Source of the DNA: Flavobacteriales bacterium
GTDB taxonomy: Bacteria; Bacteroidota; Bacteroidia; Flavobacteriales; BACL11
DNA: 64,000 bases
Assembly (NCBI GenBank): GCA_014381465.1
Contig: JACNLP010000043.1
Location: 3,010-67,009, forward strand
Direction: 5' to 3'
The translations under genes and the position numbers were made by a program. The notes beneath the pieces were generated by a model, which worked only from the letters and a program-made list of their open reading frames with translations, was not told where the DNA came from and did no database searches. Below are positions 55,448 to 64,000 of this stretch, one piece after another; the stretch's first letter is position 1; every line of letters begins with the position of its first letter.

Positions 55448-56215
55448 ATGGTTATGAAAAAAGTATTTGTTTTTTTATGTGTTTTGTTACTTGTGTCGTT
55501 ATTGTTTTTTGGTTTACAGTCAAAAAAAGAACAGCCCAAAATTGTTAATGATTTTCTTCCTTTTTGTGATTCTGTCTGTGTTGTGGTTAATCACACTTAT
55601 TATACTTTGTGTTATAATGAAAAACACGAACAGGCTGCTTGGGTTTATTATGTTTTATGCGACTCAATGATTCTAGGAAATGCCAAAAGAAAAAATTATT
55701 TTTCAAAAGATGCCCTTGTTTTTTCTGGAACCCCCTCACATAATTCTTATACAAATTCAGGATATGATAGAGGGCACTTATTGCCGGCAGCTGACATGAA
55801 ATGGAATCAGCTTGCTATGGATGAAACTTTCTTGATGAGTAATGTTTCTCCTCAAAACCCTTATTTTAATCAGAATGGTTTGTGGCGTAAATTAGAATCA
55901 AAAGTGCGTGAGTGGGCAGAAAACCGCAAGGAACTAATTGTAATTGTTGGTGGTGTTTTATCAGATGGTTTGCCAAAATTAGACGGAGAAGATATTTCTA
56001 TTCCAAAATATTATTTCAAAATAATTTTGGATAAAACAGATTTTTCCTCCTCTTCTTTTTTGCTTGAAAACAGTAATACCTCTGGCTTATTATCCGATTT
56101 TGTTGTTTCTGTTGATTCTATTGAGCGTATTTCTGGTCTAGATTTTTTTACTTTTTTGCCTGATAGTTTGGAAAATAGAATTGAGAAAAGCGCTGATTTG
56201 AGTGCTTGGTTTTAG
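55448..56215 (+). CDS. Secreted DNA/RNA non-specific endonuclease (Serratia/NucA beta-beta-alpha-Me family)
   Basis: Signal peptide VFVFLCVLLLVSLLFFG. Catalytic region GYDRGHLLPAADM ... SNVSPQNPYFNQ. Confidence 0.85.
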   Translation: MVMKKVFVFLCVLLLVSLLFFGLQSKKEQPKIVNDFLPFCDSVCVVVNHTYYTLCYNEKHEQAAWVYYVLCDSMILGNAKRKNYFSKDALVFSGTPSHNSYTNSGYDRGHLLPAADMKWNQLAMDETFLMSNVSPQNPYFNQNGLWRKLESKVREWAENRKELIVIVGGVLSDGLPKLDGEDISIPKYYFKIILDKTDFSSSSFLLENSNTSGLLSDFVVSVDSIERISGLDFFTFLPDSLENRIEKSADLSAWF

Positions 56216-56448
56216 TTTAACACCTTCTTTTTAAATAGTTTTTGCTTGGCTTTTTTGTTTCTTTTTTTGTTATTCACACCTACTTTTTTTCCATCTTTTA
56301 ACAAAATTAATTTGTATTTAGTCCCGTCTTTTTCCTCTTTTTTACTTGAAGGCTCATCATAAGCAGGACATTGGTTTTTTGTTTTGCAAGAGCATAAAAA
56401 GAAAATGAAAATAACAGTTGTTAATATTAGTATTTTAGATTGTTTCAT
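56212..56448 (-). CDS. Small, very basic lipoprotein of unknown function
   Basis: ATG at 56448 (MKQSKILILTTVIFIFFLCSC). The mature part is rich in Lys (NNKKRNKKAKQKLFKKK). Confidence 0.5.
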   Translation of the reverse strand: MKQSKILILTTVIFIFFLCSCKTKNQCPAYDEPSSKKEEKDGTKYKLILLKDGKKVGVNNKKRNKKAKQKLFKKKVLN

Positions 56449-56494
56449 TTGCAAACAAAATTAACATTAATTTCGCCACACACAAAAATGATAG

Positions 56495-58624
56495 ATGAAG
56501 AAAAGAAAAAGAGGAAAATTATCCAAAAAACCTTATTCAAAAAAAGAGTTAATAGATGTTGTATTGAGTTTTTTTAGAGAAAGCCCCCACAAAAACTTTA
56601 ATTACAAACAGCTTTACAAACTTATTGGTCAAGACAATCCTGAAATTAAATCCCTTATTGTAGGGGTTTTGATTGGTCTGCAAAAAAATGGAAGTATTAT
56701 CGAAATAAGACCTGGAAAATATAAATTATCTGAGCGTTCTTTTGAAAAAGCGGGGGTTGTAAAAACCGCTTCATTTAGGGGTTTATTAGTTGAATCTGAT
56801 GATGGAGAGGAAATTTTTATTGGATTAGATTATAGCCAGTTTGCTTTTATTGGGGACAGGGTTTTAGTGCTTGTTTTTTCACAAAAAAAAGGACGAAAGA
56901 AAGGAGAAGTTTTAAAGGTTTTGGAAAGGAAAAAAACTTCTTTTGTTGGGGTGTTACAAAAAGATTCAAAATTTGCTTTTCTAATTCCAGACAATAAAAA
57001 GGTGCCTTTTGATATTTTTATTCCAAAACAAAAAATAAAAGCTAATTTAAACGGGAAAAAGCTTTTGGTTGAGGTTACAGATTGGTCGGAAAACAGGAAA
57101 AATCCTGTTGGAAAAATTATTTCTGTTATTGGAGAGGTTAATAATCACAACACCGAAATAAACTCAATTTTATATGATTATGGGTTTGATCCAGAATTTC
57201 CAAAAAAAGTAGAAAAAGAAGCTAGTAAATTTTCTGATAGTATTTCTATAGAAGAAATCAACAAGCGATTAGATGTTAGAAAAACAACCACTTTTACCAT
57301 TGATCCGAAAGATGCAAAAGATTTTGATGATGCTTTATCGGTTAAAAAGTTAAAAAATGGAAACTGGGAAATTGGAGTGCATATTGCTGATGTATCATAT
57401 TATGTAAAAAAGGGTGGAATTATTGATAAAGAAGCTGTTGAAAGGGCAACATCTGTTTATTTAGTTGATAGGGTAATTCCTATGCTTCCTGAGGTTCTTT
57501 CAAATAATCTCTGCTCACTAAAACCTAATGTTGATCGTTTAGCTTATTCTGTATTGTTTGAAATGGATGAGAAAGCGAATTTAGTAGATTATAAAATTAC
57601 TAAAACAGTAATTCATTCTGATGTAAGATTTACTTATAAAACTGCACAAGATGTAATTGATAATAAAAAAGGAAAACTAGTAACTGAGTTGTTGTTACTT
57701 GATAAATTATCAAAAATATTGCGTAAAAAACGTCAAGAAAATGGTTCAATAAATTTTGAAAGTACTGAAGTAAAATTCATATTAGATAAAGATAATAACC
57801 CTATTGATGTTTCTTTTAAAGAAAGTTTATCTACCAATCATTTGATTGAAGAATTTATGCTTTTAGCAAATAAAACAGTTGCAAAACACATAGGTTTTCC
57901 TAAAAAAGATGCTAAAACTTTTGTTTATAGAATTCATGATACTCCAGATAATGATAGAATTTCAACTTTAAATAATATTGTAAAGAAATTTGGACATTCA
58001 ATAGATAACAAGAACCCTAATAAACTCTCTCAATCTTTAAATTATTTACTTAAAAATGTAAAGGGTAAAAAAGAACAACAAATGGTTGAAACACTAACTA
58101 TTCGTTCAATGGCAAAAGCAGTTTATTCAACCAATAATATTGGACATTACGGATTGGCTTTCGATTATTATTCACACTTTACTTCTCCTATTAGACGGTA
58201 TCCTGATTTAATAGTTCATAGATTATTAGAACAGTATATTGATGGAGAAAATTCTGTTTCAAAAGAAGGATTAGAAAAAGTTTGTAAACATTGTTCTGAA
58301 ATGGAAAAAGTAGCATCAACTGCAGAGCGCGATTCTATTAAATACATGCAGGTAAAATACATGCAGCCTGCTGTTGGGAAAGTTTTTTCTGGTGTTATTT
58401 CTGGTGTTACTGAATGGGGGTTATATGTAGAACTTGATAAAAATAAATGTGAGGGGCTTGTAAAAATAAAAAGTTTGAAAGAAGATTATTTTATTTATGA
58501 AGATGAAAAGTTTGCCCTAACCGGAATTGAAACAAATATTCAATACCAATTAGGGCAAAAAGTTAAGGTTAAAGTAAAATCAGCAGATTTAGAAAAAAAA
58601 CAACTTAATTTTATTATTGTTTAA
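56495..58624 (+). CDS. rnr: Ribonuclease R
   Basis: RNB domain motifs (TIDPKDAKDFDDALS, YLVDRVIPMLPE, HYGLAFDYYSHFTSPIRRYPDL) and a C-terminal S1 domain (GKVFSGVISGVTEWGLYVEL). Confidence 0.93.
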   Translation: MKKRKRGKLSKKPYSKKELIDVVLSFFRESPHKNFNYKQLYKLIGQDNPEIKSLIVGVLIGLQKNGSIIEIRPGKYKLSERSFEKAGVVKTASFRGLLVESDDGEEIFIGLDYSQFAFIGDRVLVLVFSQKKGRKKGEVLKVLERKKTSFVGVLQKDSKFAFLIPDNKKVPFDIFIPKQKIKANLNGKKLLVEVTDWSENRKNPVGKIISVIGEVNNHNTEINSILYDYGFDPEFPKKVEKEASKFSDSISIEEINKRLDVRKTTTFTIDPKDAKDFDDALSVKKLKNGNWEIGVHIADVSYYVKKGGIIDKEAVERATSVYLVDRVIPMLPEVLSNNLCSLKPNVDRLAYSVLFEMDEKANLVDYKITKTVIHSDVRFTYKTAQDVIDNKKGKLVTELLLLDKLSKILRKKRQENGSINFESTEVKFILDKDNNPIDVSFKESLSTNHLIEEFMLLANKTVAKHIGFPKKDAKTFVYRIHDTPDNDRISTLNNIVKKFGHSIDNKNPNKLSQSLNYLLKNVKGKKEQQMVETLTIRSMAKAVYSTNNIGHYGLAFDYYSHFTSPIRRYPDLIVHRLLEQYIDGENSVSKEGLEKVCKHCSEMEKVASTAERDSIKYMQVKYMQPAVGKVFSGVISGVTEWGLYVELDKNKCEGLVKIKSLKEDYFIYEDEKFALTGIETNIQYQLGQKVKVKVKSADLEKKQLNFIIV

Positions 58625-60797
58625 TCAGTTTTTTATTCCACACCCAATCTTTTCCTTCTATTTTTATTTGATATACACCATCTGTAAAAGTTGAAATATC
58701 TATTGTTTTTCCAATTGGTTTATCTGATTGGTAAATTGTTTTTCCTCTTACATCAGTTATTATTATTTTTATATTTTCTTTTGGAAGATTTTCTAAAAAT
58801 AACTTTCCTGTTGTTGGGTTAGGGTATATAAATATATTTGAAACATTCTGCTCATTTAACCCAGTGGTTGGTGCGTTTATCGTATTGCAACTTTGGTTAT
58901 TCACACTGTTTGGATCTGGTGTGTAACTGGTCCAAGAACATAATTGTGCTGATGGAGAACCAATACTCATAGGGCCAATTGGAGTAGAAAAAACATGATT
59001 ATATGTGCTTCCTGAAGAAATTGGATTAGATATTGTTTCTGTAACTATTGTTCCAGAATTAAATTGATAACTTACATCAAATGATGTGGTTGCATTATTT
59101 CCAAAGTTTTCAATTATTACCTCTACATTCTGACTAGAACTAAGTATACTTCCATTGGCTGGATTAACAATTGAAGTAACCCCAATATCATCAGCAAGAG
59201 GGAGTTTTTCAATATCAACAGATATAAAGAAGTCTTCATTTTCAACATCTCTGTATGTTGCCCAAAAGTTACTTAATACCTCATAGGTTTGTCCTGAAAT
59301 AGGAGGGGTAACGTCTTTTCCTAAAGCTATATTTGGACCACTCATATACCATAAAACATAAACTCCTCCACTAAAAATCGTGTCTGGGCTAGCTGTTGGT
59401 ACAAGGTTATTTGCTGGTGCACTTATTTGAAATGAATTATAACAAACCGAATCTATTAATGTTCCAGCAGATCCGTTTGGTCCATCATCATCATATATTT
59501 TTGCGCAAAACCCTGAAGCACCCGCATTACTTTCAATAAAAAAATTAGTGCTTTTTATAAGCGCTGGATAAAATGGGGGTTCAAAATAAACTGCTATCCC
59601 TCCATTTCCTCCACTCCAATTTATACTTCCTCCTCCTGGAGTGTGTGCATAAGTTAAATTAATTGTTGATTGTGTGGTATCAACCACAACTATTTCTTGT
59701 TCAAGAGTGTTGTTGGTTGGATCCATATCTCCTGTTGCGCCACTTAGCATTGTAAGAAAAGTATGAGGCCCTAACACTGTGGATAATGGTTGAAATTTAT
59801 TTGTAAACACAAAAGTAGTATCTTCTCCTGAATTTAAAGGATTTAAAGTTGCATTATTAGATACTGCTGGTGGGGCAAATTGTGGTGATAAATTAGAAAT
59901 TACTGACGCACCATTAAACACTGTATTTCCTTCATTTAGCACATTTGTTTTAAGTGTGTAGTCAGCTCCATCTGCAGATAAAAATATTCCTTTATTTTCT
60001 ATATTATCATTCCAATCAACTGCTACATCAGTAATTGCACCAGGATTTGTTGGTAAATCAAAACGAATTGCATTTGGCATTCCTCCTGTTGAAAAAGCAT
60101 CAAAATATATTCCTGAGGATTGTTGTAAACCAAAAGATCCTACTTTAGATTGTATTCCAACTTCAATATCATTTCCATTAGTTGGGACTGTAATATCTCT
60201 ATCTTTATAATTTATTGTTATTGTAGAATCTAGTTTATTCAAAACAATTTGAAAAGTATTAAATCCTGCCCATTCTTGCCCTTGTATAGGGTTTGTGTTA
60301 GGGTCAGTCCAAAATGGAACATTTACATAAGAAATTACTGTTTGAGTAGAAAAATCTGCAAAATAACATCTTGCAGGGTTTGCTGTTATTCCTCCTGGTG
60401 CTATTGTTGTTGTATCTGGTGCAAAATTCAAATCACACATAAACCCAGCAATAAAATTGTTTTTTGAAAAAGAATTTGTAGGCATAGTTGGAAATGGAGA
60501 AGATACTTGAATAGGTTTAAAACCTATATATCCATTAGACCCAATATAAATTTTATCTACTGAATACCAAAAATAATTAAATGAAGGGGAGATATTAAAT
60601 GGTCCTACAATATTATCATCTCCAAGCCCATCTACATAATTTTCAACTGCTTCAATATCAATCCAATTATATACTGCCGGATTAGTTGCATGATCAGTAT
60701 TTACCCAAGTATATCCATAAGGACCTGGACCTCCTGAGGTTTGTGCAAAAACTGTTAAACTAAATAAAGCCACTGCTATTAATAATAATTTTTTCAT
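58614..60797 (-). CDS. Large secreted protein with CARDB-like domains and a canonical T9SS C-terminal domain
   Basis: Signal peptide MKKLLLIAVALFSLTVFAQ. Segments DVAVDWNDN...NEGN and DIGVTSIVNP...IENFGN resemble CARDB. C-terminus IYPNPTTGKLFLENL...DGVYQIKIEGKDWVWNKKLIKQ. Confidence 0.7.
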   Translation of the reverse strand: MKKLLLIAVALFSLTVFAQTSGGPGPYGYTWVNTDHATNPAVYNWIDIEAVENYVDGLGDDNIVGPFNISPSFNYFWYSVDKIYIGSNGYIGFKPIQVSSPFPTMPTNSFSKNNFIAGFMCDLNFAPDTTTIAPGGITANPARCYFADFSTQTVISYVNVPFWTDPNTNPIQGQEWAGFNTFQIVLNKLDSTITINYKDRDITVPTNGNDIEVGIQSKVGSFGLQQSSGIYFDAFSTGGMPNAIRFDLPTNPGAITDVAVDWNDNIENKGIFLSADGADYTLKTNVLNEGNTVFNGASVISNLSPQFAPPAVSNNATLNPLNSGEDTTFVFTNKFQPLSTVLGPHTFLTMLSGATGDMDPTNNTLEQEIVVVDTTQSTINLTYAHTPGGGSINWSGGNGGIAVYFEPPFYPALIKSTNFFIESNAGASGFCAKIYDDDGPNGSAGTLIDSVCYNSFQISAPANNLVPTASPDTIFSGGVYVLWYMSGPNIALGKDVTPPISGQTYEVLSNFWATYRDVENEDFFISVDIEKLPLADDIGVTSIVNPANGSILSSSQNVEVIIENFGNNATTSFDVSYQFNSGTIVTETISNPISSGSTYNHVFSTPIGPMSIGSPSAQLCSWTSYTPDPNSVNNQSCNTINAPTTGLNEQNVSNIFIYPNPTTGKLFLENLPKENIKIIITDVRGKTIYQSDKPIGKTIDISTFTDGVYQIKIEGKDWVWNKKLIKQ

Positions 60798-61355
60798 GAT
60801 TTTTGTTTTTTAATTAAGTTTGTGAAATTAGTATTTTTATTTGAATTACAAACTATATGTTTTATACATTATATATTTATAATAAATTTAGTAATTATTT
60901 TTTATTAAAAAAAAATGTAAATTATTATAGGTTGTTAGTTTAGTTAAAAAGTTATTTTGATAAAATTAGGATAAATAAAAGTTGAATTTTAGTTAATATT
61001 TATTTTAAAATAATGTTAATTATTTAGTTTTAATAATCAATAAGTTATAATAATAATTAACAAAAAAATAAAGATGTTAATAAGTGAAATTAACATTGTT
61101 TTTTTAATAAATAAAACTATTTTTACAATCAAATAAAGTTAATAAATAAGTTTAAAAGTAAAATATAAAAAACAATAAATTTACTTGACTTTAAAAATTG
61201 ATAAAGACTTAATTTTTTCAACTTAAAATCAAAATGAAGTTATTTGATTTGATTACTTATTTATTAACAATTTTAGAAAATGGTTTTTTAATAACTTAAA
61301 ATAAAACACTAGATTAAATTATATAAATACTAACAGACTGTTAAAACAATAAATT
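60798..61355. other. Extremely AT-rich 558-bp non-coding spacer between divergent genes
   Basis: My hand count gives about 71 G+C in 558 nt, roughly 13%. No ORF of 60 aa or more. It contains repeated ATGTTAAT/ATTAACAT motifs. Confidence 0.8.
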
Positions 61356-61787
61356 ATGAAAATAGGATTAGCATGTGATCATGCAGGATTTAATTACAAA
61401 GAAGAAATAAAAGAGTACTTATCTAGTAAAGGTAATAAAATTACTGATTATGGATGTTATTCATTAGAGAGTGTTGATTATCCTGATTTTGCACATAAAC
61501 TTGCCGAATCTATTGAAAAAAATGAGAATGAACTGGGAATTCAATTTTGTGGAACGGGTAATGGAATTAATATGAGCGCTAATAAACACCAAGGAATTAG
61601 AGCAGCACTTTGTTGGAATTCACACATTGCAGAACAAGCCCGACTACATAACAATGCAAATATACTAACTATGCCAGCTCGTCATTTAAAATGGGAAGAA
61701 GTTACTGCAATTGTTGATACTTTTTTAAGTACACAATTTGAAGGAGGAAGACATGAAAGGAGGGTAAATAAAATAGCTTGTTGTTAA
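61356..61787 (+). CDS. rpiB: Ribose-5-phosphate isomerase B
   Basis: MKIGLACDHAGF, CGTGNGINMSANK and RHERRVNKI motifs. Confidence 0.93.
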   Translation: MKIGLACDHAGFNYKEEIKEYLSSKGNKITDYGCYSLESVDYPDFAHKLAESIEKNENELGIQFCGTGNGINMSANKHQGIRAALCWNSHIAEQARLHNNANILTMPARHLKWEEVTAIVDTFLSTQFEGGRHERRVNKIACC

Positions 61788-61788
61788 T

Positions 61789-62820
61789 ATGAAAAAAATA
61801 ATATTCATCCTTTTTATAGGATTATCAATTACTGCTTTTTCTCAAGAAAATATAAAATATGCAGAAACAATAATTGCGGCTGATTTAGAAAAACACCTTA
61901 TAATACTTGCATCTGATTCTTTAGAAGGTAGAGAAACAGGAAAGCTAGGACAAAAAATGGCTGCTGATTATATAATGAACCATTTTAAAAATATAGGAAT
62001 TCCTCCATATAAAGGTAAAAAGTACTATCAAAAATTTAAAGTAAAATCAGGAAGACACTTGTGTAAATGTGATGATTGTGACATGAGTTTGATGAAGAAA
62101 ATTTTAGGTAGGAAAAAAATTATAAAAGGAGAAAATGTACTTGGTTTTATTGAAGGAACAGATTTAAAAGAAGAATTAATTATTATTACTGCACATTATG
62201 ATCATTTAGGAAAACACGATAGTTTAATTTTTAATGGTGCTGATGATGATGGAAGCGGAACAGTAGCTGCAATGGAAATTGCAGAAGCATTTATGTTAGC
62301 TAAAAAAGCAGGAAATGGACCAAGAAGATCTGTTTTAGTAATGGCAGTTTCAGGAGAAGAAAAAGGATTATTAGGAAGTAAATATTATACTGACCATCCT
62401 ATTTATCCTTTAGAAAATACGGTAGCAAATCTTAATATTGATATGATTGGAAGAATTGGTGATTTCCATACCGACCCTAATTATGTATATTTGATTGGTG
62501 CGGACAGATTAAGCCAAGAATTACATGACATAAGTGAAGCTGTAAATGAAGAATATATTGGTTTGGATTTAGATTACACTTTTAATAAAGAGGATGATCC
62601 TAATAGATATTATTATCGTTCAGATCACTATAACTTTGCTAAAAACAATATTCCTGTTATTTTCTATTTTAACGGTATTCATGAAGATTACCACAAAGTA
62701 ACCGACACAGTAGAAAAAATTGATTTTGATAAAATAGAAACCATTACAAGGTTAATATTTTTAACTGCTTGGGAGATTGTAAATAGAGACAATAGGATTA
62801 TTGTTGATGTGGCTGAGTAA
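61789..62820 (+). CDS. M28-family zinc aminopeptidase
   Basis: Signal peptide, with HYDHLG, GADDDGSGTVA, SGEEKGLLGS, NIDMIG and SDHYNFA motifs. Confidence 0.88.
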   Translation: MKKIIFILFIGLSITAFSQENIKYAETIIAADLEKHLIILASDSLEGRETGKLGQKMAADYIMNHFKNIGIPPYKGKKYYQKFKVKSGRHLCKCDDCDMSLMKKILGRKKIIKGENVLGFIEGTDLKEELIIITAHYDHLGKHDSLIFNGADDDGSGTVAAMEIAEAFMLAKKAGNGPRRSVLVMAVSGEEKGLLGSKYYTDHPIYPLENTVANLNIDMIGRIGDFHTDPNYVYLIGADRLSQELHDISEAVNEEYIGLDLDYTFNKEDDPNRYYYRSDHYNFAKNNIPVIFYFNGIHEDYHKVTDTVEKIDFDKIETITRLIFLTAWEIVNRDNRIIVDVAE

Positions 62821-62831
62821 ACAAACATTAG

Positions 62832-63557
62832 ATGATAGAAATTGTAAAAAAGAAGGAACAGGCTATAGGTGAATTTAATAATGGAGAGATTGTAGAAAAT
62901 AAACCCATAGGATTTCCTATGGAAGGAGGAAAACTAACTGCTTATTCTAATTTATTTTATTGGGCACATGCAAAAGCAACTATAAAAAGTACCATTTCTC
63001 TACACCCTCACAAAGGATTTGAAATTATTTCAGTAGTATTAAAAGGAAGTATAGAACACTATGACACTTTAATTGATAAATGGATTGATTTAGAGGAAGG
63101 CTCTCTACAAGTAATACAATCTGGTTCGGGTGTTTCTCATGCCGAAACAATACATAAAGGGGCTGCAATTTTTCAAATATGGTTGGATCCAAACATCAAA
63201 AAAACCTTATCACAAAAAGCAAAATACAAAGACTATTCATCTAATAACTTTCCTATAAATGGAAATAAAAAAACATGGATTGGAGAAAACTCTCCTGTTC
63301 AAATTGAAGCAGAAGGAGTAGAAATGTTTCAGCTCTATTTAGAAAATGAAACAGTTAATATGAGTTTAGATACAACCAAGTATTACTCAATATATGTACT
63401 CTTAGGAAATCTTACTATTAATACTAATACAGTAGAAAAAAGCGATTTCATTAAAATTTATTATGAGGAAAAATTAGAAATAAACACTGAAGATGAAGTT
63501 CGATTATTTTGTATTAGCTCTCCAAAAGAAGTGTCATACCCTACTTATAAAGCATAA
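62832..63557 (+). CDS. Pirin-family protein
   Basis: Cupin metal site HPHKGFEIISVVLKGSIEHYD ... SHAE. 241 aa. Confidence 0.8.
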   Translation: MIEIVKKKEQAIGEFNNGEIVENKPIGFPMEGGKLTAYSNLFYWAHAKATIKSTISLHPHKGFEIISVVLKGSIEHYDTLIDKWIDLEEGSLQVIQSGSGVSHAETIHKGAAIFQIWLDPNIKKTLSQKAKYKDYSSNNFPINGNKKTWIGENSPVQIEAEGVEMFQLYLENETVNMSLDTTKYYSIYVLLGNLTINTNTVEKSDFIKIYYEEKLEINTEDEVRLFCISSPKEVSYPTYKA

Positions 63558-63590
63558 AAAAACCCACTAAAAAAGAGTAGGGTTTTTTCT
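63556..63590. terminator. Terminator-like hairpin between convergent genes
   Basis: aaaaaacccact ... agtagggtttttt, an imperfect stem with one bulged A, an A-run upstream and a T-run downstream. Confidence 0.5.
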
Positions 63591-63630
63591 TATTTTCTAG
63601 CAACTAAAAACGAGCAACCAAAAACTATTT

Positions 63631-64000
63631 TTACAAATCAAACTTAATACCTTGTGCTAAAGGTAATTCAGCAGTATAGTTAATTGTATTTGTTTGTCTT
63701 CTCATGTAAATTTTCCAAGCATCAGAACCACTTTCTCTTCCTCCACCAGTTTCTTTTTCACCACCAAAAGCACCACCAATTTCAGCACCAGAAGTACCAA
63801 TATTTACATTTGCAATTCCACAATCAGAACCAGCAGTAGAAAGGAATTTTTCAGCCTCACGCAAGTTAGTTGTCATAATAGCAGATGATAAACCTTGCTT
63901 AACTCCATTTTGCATTTCAATAGCTTCCTCTAATTCAGTATATTTCATGATGTATAAGATAGGAGCAAAAGTCTCATCTTGTACAATTTGGAAATGGTTT
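63631..64000 (-). CDS. Aldehyde dehydrogenase, C-terminal part (ALDH7 / aminoadipate-semialdehyde dehydrogenase-like); the gene continues off the right edge
   Basis: The frame stays open to the window edge: ...[31 protein letters not shown]...[44 protein letters not shown] and [10 protein letters not shown] are typical of ALDH7-type enzymes. Confidence 0.8.
   Translation of the reverse strand, partial: NHFQIVQDETFAPILYIMKYTELEEAIEMQNGVKQGLSSAIMTTNLREAEKFLSTAGSDCGIANVNIGTSGAEIGGAFGGEKETGGGRESGSDAWKIYMRRQTNTINYTAELPLAQGIKFDL

Noticed and set aside
55448-56448. The small lipoprotein convergent with the secreted NucA-type nuclease as a possible nuclease inhibitor or immunity protein (by analogy with NucA/NuiA).
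   Set aside because: The small protein is extremely basic and carries a lipobox. Known nuclease inhibitors are acidic and cytoplasmic and act by mimicking DNA or blocking the active site. The convergent orientation also argues against co-expression.
61234-61299. A 21-codon ORF (MKLFDLITYLLTILENGFLIT) in the AT-rich spacer upstream of rpiB.
   Set aside because: ORFs of this size are expected by chance in such sequence. There is no promoter box, no conserved motif, and no obvious attenuator structure. It is worth a look only if Ribo-seq data exist.
60798-61355. The AT-rich spacer as a chromosomal replication origin.
   Set aside because: I found no DnaA-box-like 9-mers (TTATCCACA or its complement). 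Almost no C/G-containing motifs occur at all. No dnaA, dnaN or other origin-linked gene is adjacent, and gene orientation does not switch in a way that suggests an origin.
1-64000. Mobile elements, prophage, toxin-antitoxin pairs or known defence systems.
   Set aside because: I recognised no transposase, integrase, recombinase, phage structural gene, restriction-modification, Cas, or toxin-antitoxin-like small gene pair in any frame. The only nuclease is a signal-peptide-bearing secreted non-specific endonuclease.

Overview
The window looks like a chromosomal segment of a low-GC Bacteroidota genome, probably Flavobacteriia. Three things point that way. Many secreted proteins end in type IX secretion (T9SS) C-terminal domains. 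Candidate SprE/PorW-like and PorZ-like genes are present. TAnnTTTG -7 boxes sit upstream of many starts in place of Shine-Dalgarno sites. About 60 CDS are tightly packed, and most are housekeeping: folB, gltX, ybeY, mnmG, recO, gatA, tatA, dut, the F1Fo operon atpBEFHAG without atpDC, dxr, rseP, pyk, fabF, acpP, purN, rnhA, rnr and rpiB. There are three tRNAs (Cys-GCA, Arg-TCG, Asn-GTT). I saw no rRNA, CRISPR array, transposase, integrase or recognisable defence system. All family assignments come from reading motifs in the translations; no search was run. The items most worth follow-up are listed here. (1) Three unrelated secreted proteins share a 38-aa C-terminal tail, about half the length of the canonical T9SS domains carried by five other proteins in the window. 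(2) A SAM methyltransferase is start/stop-coupled to mnmG. (3) A fused TPR, DUF4292-like lipoprotein and coiled-coil M23 peptidase module sits in a six-gene envelope operon. (4) A bactofilin, AtpZ-like protein and small membrane protein precede the ATP synthase genes. (5) A 15-bp hairpin lies between atpE and atpF. (6) Two -7 boxes form a palindrome between the divergent SprE-like and M23 genes. (7) A 558-bp non-coding spacer of about 13% GC carries a repeated ATGTTAAT/ATTAACAT motif. I did not find compelling evidence for a wholly new multi-gene system.
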